Positions 1 through 9,137 of a DNA stretch of 64,000 bases are shown here, piece by piece. Positions within the stretch are counted from its first letter, which is position 1, and every line of letters starts with the position of its first letter. The position numbers and the translations under genes are program-made. The notes under the pieces were generated by a model. The model made no database searches, was not told the origin of the DNA, and worked only from the letters and a program-made list of their open reading frames with translations. This DNA comes from Candidatus Babeliales bacterium (GTDB taxonomy: Bacteria; Babelota; Babeliae; Babelales; JACPOV01), in the NCBI GenBank assembly GCA_050250855.1, contig JBFWNW010000001.1:160001-224000 (forward strand), read 5' to 3'.

Positions 1-536
1 CTATTAAAGAGTTTGTAGAGCCTTCTCTTATTGCACCTATTTATTATAATGCTCATTATTATCTTGCCCCCACAAAAGTAACGGAAAAAGCATATTTTTT
101 ATTAGTAGAAACTATGCAAGAGCTTAATAAAACTGCGATTGCTACCTTTGTTATGAAAGAAAAAGATCATGTATGTGCTATAAGTGCATACCAGCATGCA
201 TTATTATTAAGTACTTTAAATTATAGTTATGAAATTAGACCGATTGAGCGTGTTGAAGAACTTTCGGTTAAAGTTGCAGCGCGTGTGAGCAAAAAAGAGG
301 AAGAGCTTGCAGAAAAATTAGTCAAAAAAATGAGCAGCAAAAAGTTTGATATTTCAGCATTTCATGATACCTTTGCAGAAAAATTGCGTGAGCAAATTAA
401 ACGTTCTGCTGCAGGCAAAAAATTATTAAAAGTGCGTGCGCAAAAAGCAGTTAAAGAGCATGGCGTCTCGTTGCTTGAATCATTAGAGGAAAGTGTAGCA
501 GAGAAAAAACCAGCTCGAGCAAAATCACGCCGCTAG
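1..536 (+). CDS. ku: Ku protein (NHEJ DNA end-binding), 5' truncated by window edge
   Basis: Frame open from nt 3 (IKEFVEPSLIAPIYYNAHYYLAP...KAYFLL) into ORF 114..536 (AIATFVM...LLSTLNY.YEIR...FHDTF...SLLESLEESV plus basic tail), matching prokaryotic Ku motifs. Confidence 0.9.
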   Translation, partial: IKEFVEPSLIAPIYYNAHYYLAPTKVTEKAYFLLVETMQELNKTAIATFVMKEKDHVCAISAYQHALLLSTLNYSYEIRPIERVEELSVKVAARVSKKEEELAEKLVKKMSSKKFDISAFHDTFAEKLREQIKRSAAGKKLLKVRAQKAVKEHGVSLLESLEESVAEKKPARAKSRR

Positions 537-537
537 T

Positions 538-1065
538 TTATACTGTTTTTTCAAAATCTTTAAAGAGCATGCTTGCTTGTATGCCTTGATTATTTTGATA
601 TTTATTACTTTTGTACAATTCAAATTCACCAGCAATGCTGTGGTAATAAATTTGGCAGATTTCAACATGGGGATAGATTTTTATTGGTTGTACGCAAAAA
701 ATTTCAAGCGTCCAGTAACCAGCAAAGCCGACATCGCCAAATCCTGCCGTTACATGAATAAATAAACCAAGCCTGCCTATGGATGAACGTCCTTCAAGCA
801 TCGGTACTAAATTATTCGTTTTAGTATATTCAACCGTTCTGCCAAGGTATAATTTTCCGGGCTCAAGAAGTAAACCATCTTCGGGAATTGTTAGTTCTTG
901 GGTGAGATTATTTTTTTTCATATCAAGTACGGGATGTGTGTAATGCAAAAGCTTATTGTGAAGGCGTAAATTATAACTGTTTGGACCGAGCTGTTTAGGA
1001 TTAAATGGATCAATAATAAGATCGTTGCCTAAACGTTTTTGAATTTCTTTGCCGGAAAGAATCAT
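538..1065 (-). CDS. dcd: dCTP deaminase
   Basis: MILS...PNSYNLRL, GRSSIGRLGL, AGFGDVGFAGYWTLEI, KYQ motifs. Confidence 0.93.
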   Translation of the reverse strand: MILSGKEIQKRLGNDLIIDPFNPKQLGPNSYNLRLHNKLLHYTHPVLDMKKNNLTQELTIPEDGLLLEPGKLYLGRTVEYTKTNNLVPMLEGRSSIGRLGLFIHVTAGFGDVGFAGYWTLEIFCVQPIKIYPHVEICQIYYHSIAGEFELYKSNKYQNNQGIQASMLFKDFEKTV

Positions 1066-1094
1066 AGCTGTTTTTCCTAGGTTCTAAGAGTTTT

Positions 1095-1652
1095 TTAATG
1101 TACTTTTTCTGATTTGTGAGCTATTTGTTTTTTTATTTCGCTTAAATAATTATCTTTGTCTTCTTGAATTTTTTGTTCAATTGTTTGTTTTGCTAATTTG
1201 GGGCTTATATCATTTCTTATTGATTCTAATTCAATTTCGGCTGTTTTTTTAAGTTTATGAACCGGTGAGCAAGGTATGGGATCATATTTTGGCTTTTTTT
1301 GATCTTGCAAATCATCATCTGAAGGTGTTTTTTTAATACGAGTAATTTTTGGACTTCCTTGGGTAGGTAGTTCTTTTGATAATCTTGTTGAGCTAAATTG
1401 GTGATTTTCCATGCGTTGTTTTACTTGCTCCATACCTAAAAGAAGGGATTCCTTTGAGGGCGCTGTGTTGGTTGGTTTAAAAAGAAGGGATTGTGATTTT
1501 GAATCAGGAGTGAGCTTAACTTTAAGAACCTCAGTAGTGCTAAATGAAGCCGTTTTATACATACCATTTTTTGGGGGCGAATCTTGGGGTTGTTCCATAG
1601 CATGTATAGTAAAACAGAAAAAAGAGAAAAAAATAACGTTCGTGAACTTCAT
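1095..1652 (-). CDS. Hypothetical secreted, low-complexity protein
   Basis: Hydrophobic N-terminus ending IHA-MEQ; S/P/K-rich body. Confidence 0.7.
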   Translation of the reverse strand: MKFTNVIFFSFFCFTIHAMEQPQDSPPKNGMYKTASFSTTEVLKVKLTPDSKSQSLLFKPTNTAPSKESLLLGMEQVKQRMENHQFSSTRLSKELPTQGSPKITRIKKTPSDDDLQDQKKPKYDPIPCSPVHKLKKTAEIELESIRNDISPKLAKQTIEQKIQEDKDNYLSEIKKQIAHKSEKVH

Positions 1653-1747
1653 AAAAATCCTTTTTATTAATAAAAAATGTCTCTAATGAAAATAGTTTTT
1701 TTAATAACGTTTCTACTATTAAGCATAAAAAAATGAGACATTTAAAA

Positions 1748-4700
1748 TCAATATATTTGGTGATTATTTTTTTCTAGTTTTTCTGACCACCACAGAGCAA
1801 AGCAAATAATAGTTACTGTGCCAATAAAATAGCCTAAAAGAGTTCCATGATAAGGATGAAAAACTCCTTGTTGTATTGATTCTACTACAATTTTTGTACA
1901 AGCTATAAGAGGAATTATGCTGTTGCTAAAACGTATACCAATTCCATAAAGAGCGCAGAATAATAAGCCTACAGCACAGCCAAAACCGAGCCATGAAGAA
2001 ATATGTTCAACACCAGGAGTACCATAATAAGCAAGGCCGGTAACTATACTTATAAAAAGGGTTACTAGGATATGTTTTTTCCATCCTTGCGTGAGTGTAT
2101 CCAAGATCCAGAATATCATATAAAGAAGTAATGCTTCATAAATAAAGGTGGTGAGCATAGTAAGCGCAATGCTCACACTTGGCATAAAAGCGGGCATATG
2201 TATATATTCAGCCCACAAAGGTTTTAATGAGGGGCTCATAACATTAAAAAAGGATATACATCCTATAAAAAATACGCCAAGGCAGGTACCAAGGAGTATT
2301 CTATTTTTTGTTTTTAGAGCTGCATGATAGTTGAATGTTGCCTGTGCCGTAAAACCAGCAATCAGGCCGTAAGCTCCTGCTTTAAAGAATATTCGCATAA
2401 GCAATCCACTTACCAAAGATAATGCTTGATGCCAATACGGCTCACTCGTTTTGAAGGTAGCCGCAAACGTTGGCCAGAAGTTAATAATTTGTATAATTGA
2501 TTTACCAAAAAATAGTATAAAGAAGATAACAAAAAATTGTACAGCAAACTGGTGATGAGCCCACATAAGAATACCTTGTACAGCTCCTATGGTTAAAAAT
2601 AAAAGCAAGGCAAGTGAGCATATCATTGTTATGATATCGAGTATGGCTTTGTGTTGCTGGTAAGAGCGTGTCCATTGCTCTGGTACAAAGACAAAGCGGT
2701 TATAATCGGTAACCTCATTATCAGCAATTTTTATAGTTATGCGTGCTTCTCCCTGTTTTAAAGGGGAAGTGATATCTTGAAAGGTAAAGGTCCAATCAAG
2801 ACGTTCAGGTTGTTTTGTTGCCACTGCAGAAATTTCTTTTAGAACATTTGTATCAAGATTATAAGTATTTTTTATAAATTGCTGAGCAAGCGTGCGAGCT
2901 TCCTGTTCAGAGCTTGTTTTTCCTGGTTTTGATTCAGGCAGTTGGTGTTGAATCCGAGTATTACCATGTTCATCAATTAAAAGCGCATATTCTTCTGCAC
3001 GAGCAGTAATATCCCCCCTGTCAAATTGAGCAAAACGTATTTTCCATTCAGCCGGTGTTAAATACGTTCCAATCAGGTTGTGATATATTTTTTTGCCATT
3101 TGTTTGCCAGACAAAGCGATCAACATCCTGGAGTGTACTATTTTCTGTTGTGACAAGGATGTGCCATACAGAAAGGTCTATATTTTTATTATGTAGAGAC
3201 GCTTCTGCTTTCTGCAGAGCTTCAGTTCGTGATGCTTTTACGGTAGGACCATCTTGCTTGAATGGCGTAAAGAAGATCCATAAGAATAAACCCAAAAAAC
3301 CACTTGCCATGATAATTTTTTTTGCAAAAGAAGGAAAATGTATAGCAAGAGGTGCTTGATGTTTTGGTATAAAAGCAGATGCTTTTTCTGGTTGCCAATG
3401 ATTATTAAAGAATCTTTTTGGAATCTCTGTCCATCTACCAGTACATAAACGAGCATTGAGAACTATAAAGAGAGGAATGAGAGAAACAAGGATGACAAAA
3501 AGTTTATCAAGCCAAATACCTGGCGCTGTAGCGATAAATAATGGCAATGCATATAAAAAAAGATCATAGAAAAAATGTGAAAGAATGCCCGGAAGAAGTC
3601 CAAAATAGAGGTAAATTGAGCCAAATATGCATGAAGGAATAATAAGTTCCACTAAGCGTGCATAAAAAGGTTGGGCTGGATAATTTGCATGTGCAGCGCT
3701 AAAAATAAGTGCTTGTACTATAAAGCCTGCAATAAGCCACAGATTTTTTCTTCCCCATTTTTGACCAATAAGAATGGCACAAGAAAGAGGAATTGCGCGA
3801 AACCAACATTCTTCTAAGAATCCTGCTTGCAATGATTGTGCAACGGAACTGAGCCATGGAGCATAATACGATAAAATATTAGGGTTGAATAATGTTTCAC
3901 TGGGTGACCACCAGCCAAAATAACGTGAGCTGCAATAATAAAAGGCCGTAACAAATGCTAAATCAAAACCAATTAAGAGATATGCTCCCACCGTTCTTCC
4001 TAAGACTTGCCAAGAGCTTGCGGCATCTTTTTTCCAGAGCTGCCAGAGCTGTAGATGTTCAGGAAAAGCTTTTCTTCCCAAGCTTTCAGCTGCCATGAAA
4101 ATTAAAGTGTAGGCTCCCATAAAGCCAAAAAATTGCATGCCAACTTGCAAGAGGAAACTGCTCAAAAATGTTGCGGTTGTCATTTGCGTGTCATAATACA
4201 TCCAGTAAAGTGGTAATCCGTTGATATAATTAAGCGATTGCAAGAGAGAAATTAATGTTCCCCATGCAAGCGCAGTTCTCCATTGCAAAAAGCGGCGACG
4301 CAGTAAAAAGAATAAGCCGAAAACACAGCCACCAAAAATATAAAGAATTATTGCCAATATGCCTGCTGAGCGTGCAAGGGTTTCGTTAGCAGAACGCATT
4401 TCTTCATAACGTCGTTTAAACGCTTCAGGAACTTTTAAAGAGAGTGAATACTCAGTGAGTTTATCACCGCTTACTACCAGCTTAAGGCGGTAAGGAGCAT
4501 TGCCAACTTTTTTGTTTTTATTGTCATAAGAAAAAGTGTGATCAATTCTACCGTTTGGCTTTGCTTCTTGAGAGCTTTCAACGAGCGTATAGTTTGCAAA
4601 ATCTGTATGCCAATCTTTAGTAGCTGCGTTAACAGCTAGTGCGCGAGCTTCTTCTTGAAAAAGTGCTTTACCTGGTGTATCTTCGGCAATTTTTTCACGG

Positions 4701-5101
4701 AAACCGTATGGATTTCCTTCTGGGGTAAAGAGTATGAGTGTTTCATTCGGGTTGCTTTGTGCAAAATGGCGAACATGCCATGTATAAGGAGCAAAATATT
4801 TTTCTTCTAAAATATGAGCAAATGCTTTTTTACCCCCACCTTCAAGTTCTATGAAGTTTTGAGCTTCATCATCGTTATCAAAAACGGTTGCTTGTTTGTA
4901 GTTCTCAGGACCCCAGTTAAATTTTTTTGCTAACATCGCAGCCTGGCGCAAAGCTTCATTGCGGTTCATGGTAATATCAAGATGTACAAGAGGAAAAGCT
5001 TTTGCAAAATATTTAAAAGAAAATAGCATGCCACTAACAAAAATAGCGGCAAGAATGACCCAGAAGCTAGAACGGTGTGAAAATGGTATATTTTGATTCA
5101 T
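1748..5101 (-). CDS. Large CPBP (Abi/CAAX) family intramembrane glutamic protease with duplicated extracytoplasmic domains
   Basis: 1117 aa, many TM segments; motifs EECWFR, FSAAH, SHFFYD. Confidence 0.85.
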   Translation of the reverse strand: MNQNIPFSHRSSFWVILAAIFVSGMLFSFKYFAKAFPLVHLDITMNRNEALRQAAMLAKKFNWGPENYKQATVFDNDDEAQNFIELEGGGKKAFAHILEEKYFAPYTWHVRHFAQSNPNETLILFTPEGNPYGFREKIAEDTPGKALFQEEARALAVNAATKDWHTDFANYTLVESSQEAKPNGRIDHTFSYDNKNKKVGNAPYRLKLVVSGDKLTEYSLSLKVPEAFKRRYEEMRSANETLARSAGILAIILYIFGGCVFGLFFLLRRRFLQWRTALAWGTLISLLQSLNYINGLPLYWMYYDTQMTTATFLSSFLLQVGMQFFGFMGAYTLIFMAAESLGRKAFPEHLQLWQLWKKDAASSWQVLGRTVGAYLLIGFDLAFVTAFYYCSSRYFGWWSPSETLFNPNILSYYAPWLSSVAQSLQAGFLEECWFRAIPLSCAILIGQKWGRKNLWLIAGFIVQALIFSAAHANYPAQPFYARLVELIIPSCIFGSIYLYFGLLPGILSHFFYDLFLYALPLFIATAPGIWLDKLFVILVSLIPLFIVLNARLCTGRWTEIPKRFFNNHWQPEKASAFIPKHQAPLAIHFPSFAKKIIMASGFLGLFLWIFFTPFKQDGPTVKASRTEALQKAEASLHNKNIDLSVWHILVTTENSTLQDVDRFVWQTNGKKIYHNLIGTYLTPAEWKIRFAQFDRGDITARAEEYALLIDEHGNTRIQHQLPESKPGKTSSEQEARTLAQQFIKNTYNLDTNVLKEISAVATKQPERLDWTFTFQDITSPLKQGEARITIKIADNEVTDYNRFVFVPEQWTRSYQQHKAILDIITMICSLALLLFLTIGAVQGILMWAHHQFAVQFFVIFFILFFGKSIIQIINFWPTFAATFKTSEPYWHQALSLVSGLLMRIFFKAGAYGLIAGFTAQATFNYHAALKTKNRILLGTCLGVFFIGCISFFNVMSPSLKPLWAEYIHMPAFMPSVSIALTMLTTFIYEALLLYMIFWILDTLTQGWKKHILVTLFISIVTGLAYYGTPGVEHISSWLGFGCAVGLLFCALYGIGIRFSNSIIPLIACTKIVVESIQQGVFHPYHGTLLGYFIGTVTIICFALWWSEKLEKNNHQIY

Positions 5102-5103
5102 AA

Positions 5104-5181
5104 AGCATCCTATACTCTACATTAGAATTATTTCTCCAATATTTTATTCTAAAAAGTAAATTATGATTTGTATAGGATGCT
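5104..5181 (-). promoter_or_regulatory. Leader inverted repeat covering the RBS of the CPBP gene
   Basis: Perfect 12-bp IR AGCATCCTATAC (5104-5115) / GTATAGGATGCT (5170-5181), inner IR TTAGAAT/ATTCTAA. Confidence 0.5.
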
Positions 5182-5240
5182 GTATTTTTAAGACTAACGT
5201 AAATTCGACCTAAGAACAATATTAGCTAAAGTTATATATC

Positions 5241-5410
5241 CCGTTCGTGGTGAGGGTTTTTCGAAGAAAAACGTCTCGAACCATTCGAACTCAAAATTTA
5301 AAAATTATATTTTTCTCCTCACCACGAACGGAAATTAAATAATTTTTATCACCCTGCAGTGCCCGGCGTAGCTTTATGCAAAGCCTGGGAGCCCGTCGAA
5401 GGGTACGAAC
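5241..5410. repeat. REP-like palindromic element cluster (locus A) with nested second palindrome
   Basis: 15-bp IR CCGTTCGTGGTGAGG (5241-5255) / CCTCACCACGAACGG (5317-5331); CCCTG[insert]AGCCCGTCGAAGGGTACGAA related to loci at 42.6 kb and 49.1 kb. Confidence 0.8.
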
Positions 5411-5420
5411 ACAAATTATT

Positions 5421-5663
5421 CTATTCTTGCTCCCCAAAAAATGGTGCATTATTCTTTGGATGTTCTTTTTTTTCTTGATTTAATCTTTCCTTTGGAGAAT
5501 GTGGATTAGCTTTAGAATTGGAATGAATTTTTTTTGGAGGTTGATTTAGACGTTGCTGTTGTTTTGCAAATACTTCTTTTTTATTTTTTCTATCACCTTT
5601 ACCGGCTATTAAAGGTGAACTAATGCAGAGTAATAATAAAAACATGAGACTATTTATTTTCAT
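5421..5663 (-). CDS. Small basic secreted hypothetical protein
   Basis: 80 aa, signal peptide followed by K/N/Q-rich tail; extended -10-like TGCTACAAT upstream. Confidence 0.6.
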   Translation of the reverse strand: MKINSLMFLLLLCISSPLIAGKGDRKNKKEVFAKQQQRLNQPPKKIHSNSKANPHSPKERLNQEKKEHPKNNAPFFGEQE

Positions 5664-5742
5664 ACTAAAACCCTTTTTTGGTGATTTATGAATAATTTTT
5701 TATATTTTTTATTGTAGCACGTATTTGCTAGGCGTAAAGCTT

Positions 5743-7092
5743 TTATTGCTCATTATTAAAGAGTTCAAGAAGCTGATATACAGATTTGAAAGAATGAATG
5801 CTTGCAGTTTTTTTCTCAAGCTTTTGATTACTTGCAAGAAGCATTTTTTTAATACCAAATTTTTCTGCTTCGCGCAGGTGAATGCCAATTTGATTAATTG
5901 GTTTTATTTGTCCGGTTAAACTCAGTTCGCCAAGAGCGATAGATTTTTCTGGTAGTGGCTGCTGAAAGTAGCTTGAAAGAAGAGCCAGTGCTATGCCAAG
6001 ATCTGCCGCATTATCTTTTATTTTAAAGCCGCCACTTACTTTAAAAAATATATCATGGGTGCTGAGTTTGATATGTAAATATTTTTCAATAATAGCTGCA
6101 ATAAGTGCAACCTGTTTTGGATCTATGCCAGAAACAATACGCTGTGGCATACCAAATTTGCTGGGTACTAGAAGAGCTTGAAGCTCAAGTAAAAAAGGGC
6201 GTGATCCTTCAACAGAACTTATGAGAGCCGAACCTGGTGAAAATGTTGCTTCACTTAATAAATGTTGATTGATATCAGGAACTTGCTGCAGCCCTTTTTC
6301 ATCCATTTGGAAAAAACCTAATTCACCAAGAGCACCAAAACGATTTTTTACTGAACGAAGAATACGTGTTTGCCAACGATCTTCTCCTTGCAAATAAAAA
6401 ACAGCATCCACCATATGTTCAAGCATTTTTGGTCCGGCAATAGTACCTTCTTTAGTGATATGTCCTGTTAGAATAACAGCAATATTTTTTTCTTTAGCAA
6501 GGCGCATTAATCTAAAGCCCGCTTCGCGTAATTGGCCAATACTGCCAGGGATTACTTGGCTATCAGCAGAATAGCAATTCTGAATAGAATCAATAATAAT
6601 AATATGCGGCATTTCTTCTTCTGCTGTTGCAATGATCGATTCTAATTGTGATTGATCTGAGCAGCGAAGGTTTTCATGCAAGCAATCAAGGCGCTCTGCG
6701 CGTAGGCGTACTTGTTCTAATGATTCTTCAGAAGAAAAATATAAAACAGAGAACTGTGCAGCAAGTGCATTAACAATTTGCAAAAGTAAGGTTGATTTAC
6801 CAATACCGGGATCACCAGTTAAAATTAAAAAGGATCCGGGCATAACACCGCCACCAACAACGCGATCCCATTCATGAATGCCGCTGAGCATTCGTTGTTG
6901 GGCATGCACATTAACTTTGTATAAAGGGGTAAGATTTGTTTCTTTATGCGAAGTTTTAAAATCTTTTGAAGCAAAAGAAGGCTTAAGTTCAGTAATACTT
7001 CCCCATTGCGAGCATTCAGGGCAACAACCTACCCATTTTGGCGGGCGATAGCCGCAATTCGAACAGTTAAAATGTGCAGATTGTTTTGCCAT
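5743..7092 (-). CDS. radA: DNA repair protein RadA/Sms
   Basis: N-terminal C4 Zn finger, Walker A GDPGIGKS, KNRFG motif, Lon-like C-terminus. Confidence 0.97.
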   Translation of the reverse strand: MAKQSAHFNCSNCGYRPPKWVGCCPECSQWGSITELKPSFASKDFKTSHKETNLTPLYKVNVHAQQRMLSGIHEWDRVVGGGVMPGSFLILTGDPGIGKSTLLLQIVNALAAQFSVLYFSSEESLEQVRLRAERLDCLHENLRCSDQSQLESIIATAEEEMPHIIIIDSIQNCYSADSQVIPGSIGQLREAGFRLMRLAKEKNIAVILTGHITKEGTIAGPKMLEHMVDAVFYLQGEDRWQTRILRSVKNRFGALGELGFFQMDEKGLQQVPDINQHLLSEATFSPGSALISSVEGSRPFLLELQALLVPSKFGMPQRIVSGIDPKQVALIAAIIEKYLHIKLSTHDIFFKVSGGFKIKDNAADLGIALALLSSYFQQPLPEKSIALGELSLTGQIKPINQIGIHLREAEKFGIKKMLLASNQKLEKKTASIHSFKSVYQLLELFNNEQ

Positions 7093-7100
7093 AATTATTC

Positions 7101-7685
7101 TTAAAATAAAGGTTGTTTATCAATTTTGTAGCAGTTGCGGCAGCGAGCTTGATATTTTTCTTCAGCACCAACCATGATAATGGGATCATTAAATTTTGCT
7201 GGTTTTTCATCGACCAAGCGTTGTGTAAAATGGGCGTCTTTGCCACACGCCATACATATGGCTTTTAGTTTAGTGATACTATCAGCAATAGCAAGTAATA
7301 AAGGCATTGGACCAAAGGGAACTTGTCTAAAATCAAGATCTAATCCTGCAACAACAATGCGTTTTCCTTGATCAATGAGTTTGCAAATAACGTTGACAAT
7401 TCCCACTGAGAAAAATTGCACTTCATCGATACCAATTACTTCAATATCATCGGTTACTAAATTTTGCAACGTTTCAGGATTATCAAGCGGTATAGCTTTT
7501 ATTTTATTGCCATTGTGCGAGACAACATATTCAATAAGTGTTCGCTCATCAAGGCTATGCTTGAAAACAAGAATATTTTTTTTTGCTAATTTTGCACGCA
7601 CAAGGCGTCTGATAAGTTCTTCAGACTTACCAGAAAACATTGAGCCGCAAACAACTTCAAGACTTCCTTTGCTGGAATTTTTCAT
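7101..7685 (-). CDS. tdk: Thymidine kinase
   Basis: GSMFSGKSEEL, IDEVQF, GLDLDFR, C-terminal Zn-binding Cys pairs. Confidence 0.96.
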   Translation of the reverse strand: MKNSSKGSLEVVCGSMFSGKSEELIRRLVRAKLAKKNILVFKHSLDERTLIEYVVSHNGNKIKAIPLDNPETLQNLVTDDIEVIGIDEVQFFSVGIVNVICKLIDQGKRIVVAGLDLDFRQVPFGPMPLLLAIADSITKLKAICMACGKDAHFTQRLVDEKPAKFNDPIIMVGAEEKYQARCRNCYKIDKQPLF

Positions 7686-7796
7686 TTGCTATATCCTTTG
7701 ATTACCTAATAATGATAATTTTGTAGCGTTTTAGTATCTAGAAAAATTATAATAAAGAAAAAACCTTTTTTATCAAATATAAAGTGGAAAAAATGT

Positions 7797-9137
7797 ATGG
7801 CAACGTTTACGTACAAGCAGCAAATACAACAAAAATGGAAAAAATCAGAAAAAGAACATAAAAATGATTCAGAGGCGTTGCATATTAATCAATCATTGCA
7901 GTTGCAAGGCCAAGCAAATCTTTTAGGTGCAAAGAACGCGGTGCTTGTTATGATAGCATCGTTAATTTTGACAGAAGGAAAATCTACACTGCGTAATGTT
8001 CCTGCATCTTCAGATGTGCTTCATATGATAGGGCTTCTTAAAGAGCTTGGCGCAGAAGTGCTCTTTAATACTGATGAACATACATTAGAAGTTGACACAT
8101 CCTTTATTCGTTTTCATTATGTTCGTCCTGAAATAATGAAAAAAATGCGCGCTTCCATTCTTGTTATGGGGCCTTTATTAGCTCGTTTTGGTAAAGCAGA
8201 AATTGCTTTGCCCGGAGGATGTTTAATAGGTTCGCGGCCTGTTGATTTTCATCTTAAAAATTTTTTAAAAATGGGTGTTGCGATTCATGAAGAAAAAGAC
8301 ATGCTTTATGCGCAGGTTAAACAATTAGAGCCAGCTCACATAGTGCTTGAATATCCAAGTGTGGGAGCAACGGAAAATATTACGATGGCAGCAGTATTAA
8401 CGCCTGGTAAAACTACTATCATTAATGCTTCTCTAGAGCCTGAAGTAATGGAACTTATTACCGTGCTCAAAAAAATGGGAGCATTAATTACTATTCATCC
8501 GCCAGCAACTATAGAAATAGAAGGCGTTTCATCATTGCATCCAATAGAACATGAAGTATTAGTTGATAGGTTAGAAGCAGGAGCTTTATTACTGGCAGCA
8601 GCAATTACTGGCGGCTCTGTACATTTGCCTAACGCATGTTATCAACATTTGGATGTATTTCTTTTGAAATTAGAAGAGATGGGACATGCTATTCAATTAG
8701 GTGCTGATGGTATTGGCATTACCCTTCATGCTACAATGCAGCCTAAAGCTGTTTCTCTTAGAACCGCTCCATATCCTGGGTTTCCTACTGATTTGCAAGC
8801 TCCTATGATGGCAGCATTGGCATTAGCAGAGGGAAAAAGTGTTATTCATGAAACAGTATTTGAGAATAGATTTTTACATATACCAGAATTAAAAAAAATG
8901 GGAGCACAAATTACTCTGGAGGGCGATAGGGCTTATATAACAGGAGTTGAAGAGCTTTATGGAACTCATGTTATTGCTGCAGATATTCGTGCTTCATGCG
9001 CTTTAGTTCTTGCGGGTCTTGCAGCAAAAGGGACCACTATAGTCACTGGTGTTAGGCATTGGAAACGCGGTTATGATGCTCTTGATAAAAAATTGCAATC
9101 GTTAGGAGCCCAGATTTTCTTGAAAACTGGCAACTAG
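7797..9137 (+). CDS. murA: UDP-N-acetylglucosamine 1-carboxyvinyltransferase
   Basis: GAKNA, MRASILVMGPLL, LPGGCLIGSRP (catalytic Cys), PGFPTDLQA, DIRA. Confidence 0.97.
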   Translation: MATFTYKQQIQQKWKKSEKEHKNDSEALHINQSLQLQGQANLLGAKNAVLVMIASLILTEGKSTLRNVPASSDVLHMIGLLKELGAEVLFNTDEHTLEVDTSFIRFHYVRPEIMKKMRASILVMGPLLARFGKAEIALPGGCLIGSRPVDFHLKNFLKMGVAIHEEKDMLYAQVKQLEPAHIVLEYPSVGATENITMAAVLTPGKTTIINASLEPEVMELITVLKKMGALITIHPPATIEIEGVSSLHPIEHEVLVDRLEAGALLLAAAITGGSVHLPNACYQHLDVFLLKLEEMGHAIQLGADGIGITLHATMQPKAVSLRTAPYPGFPTDLQAPMMAALALAEGKSVIHETVFENRFLHIPELKKMGAQITLEGDRAYITGVEELYGTHVIAADIRASCALVLAGLAAKGTTIVTGVRHWKRGYDALDKKLQSLGAQIFLKTGN

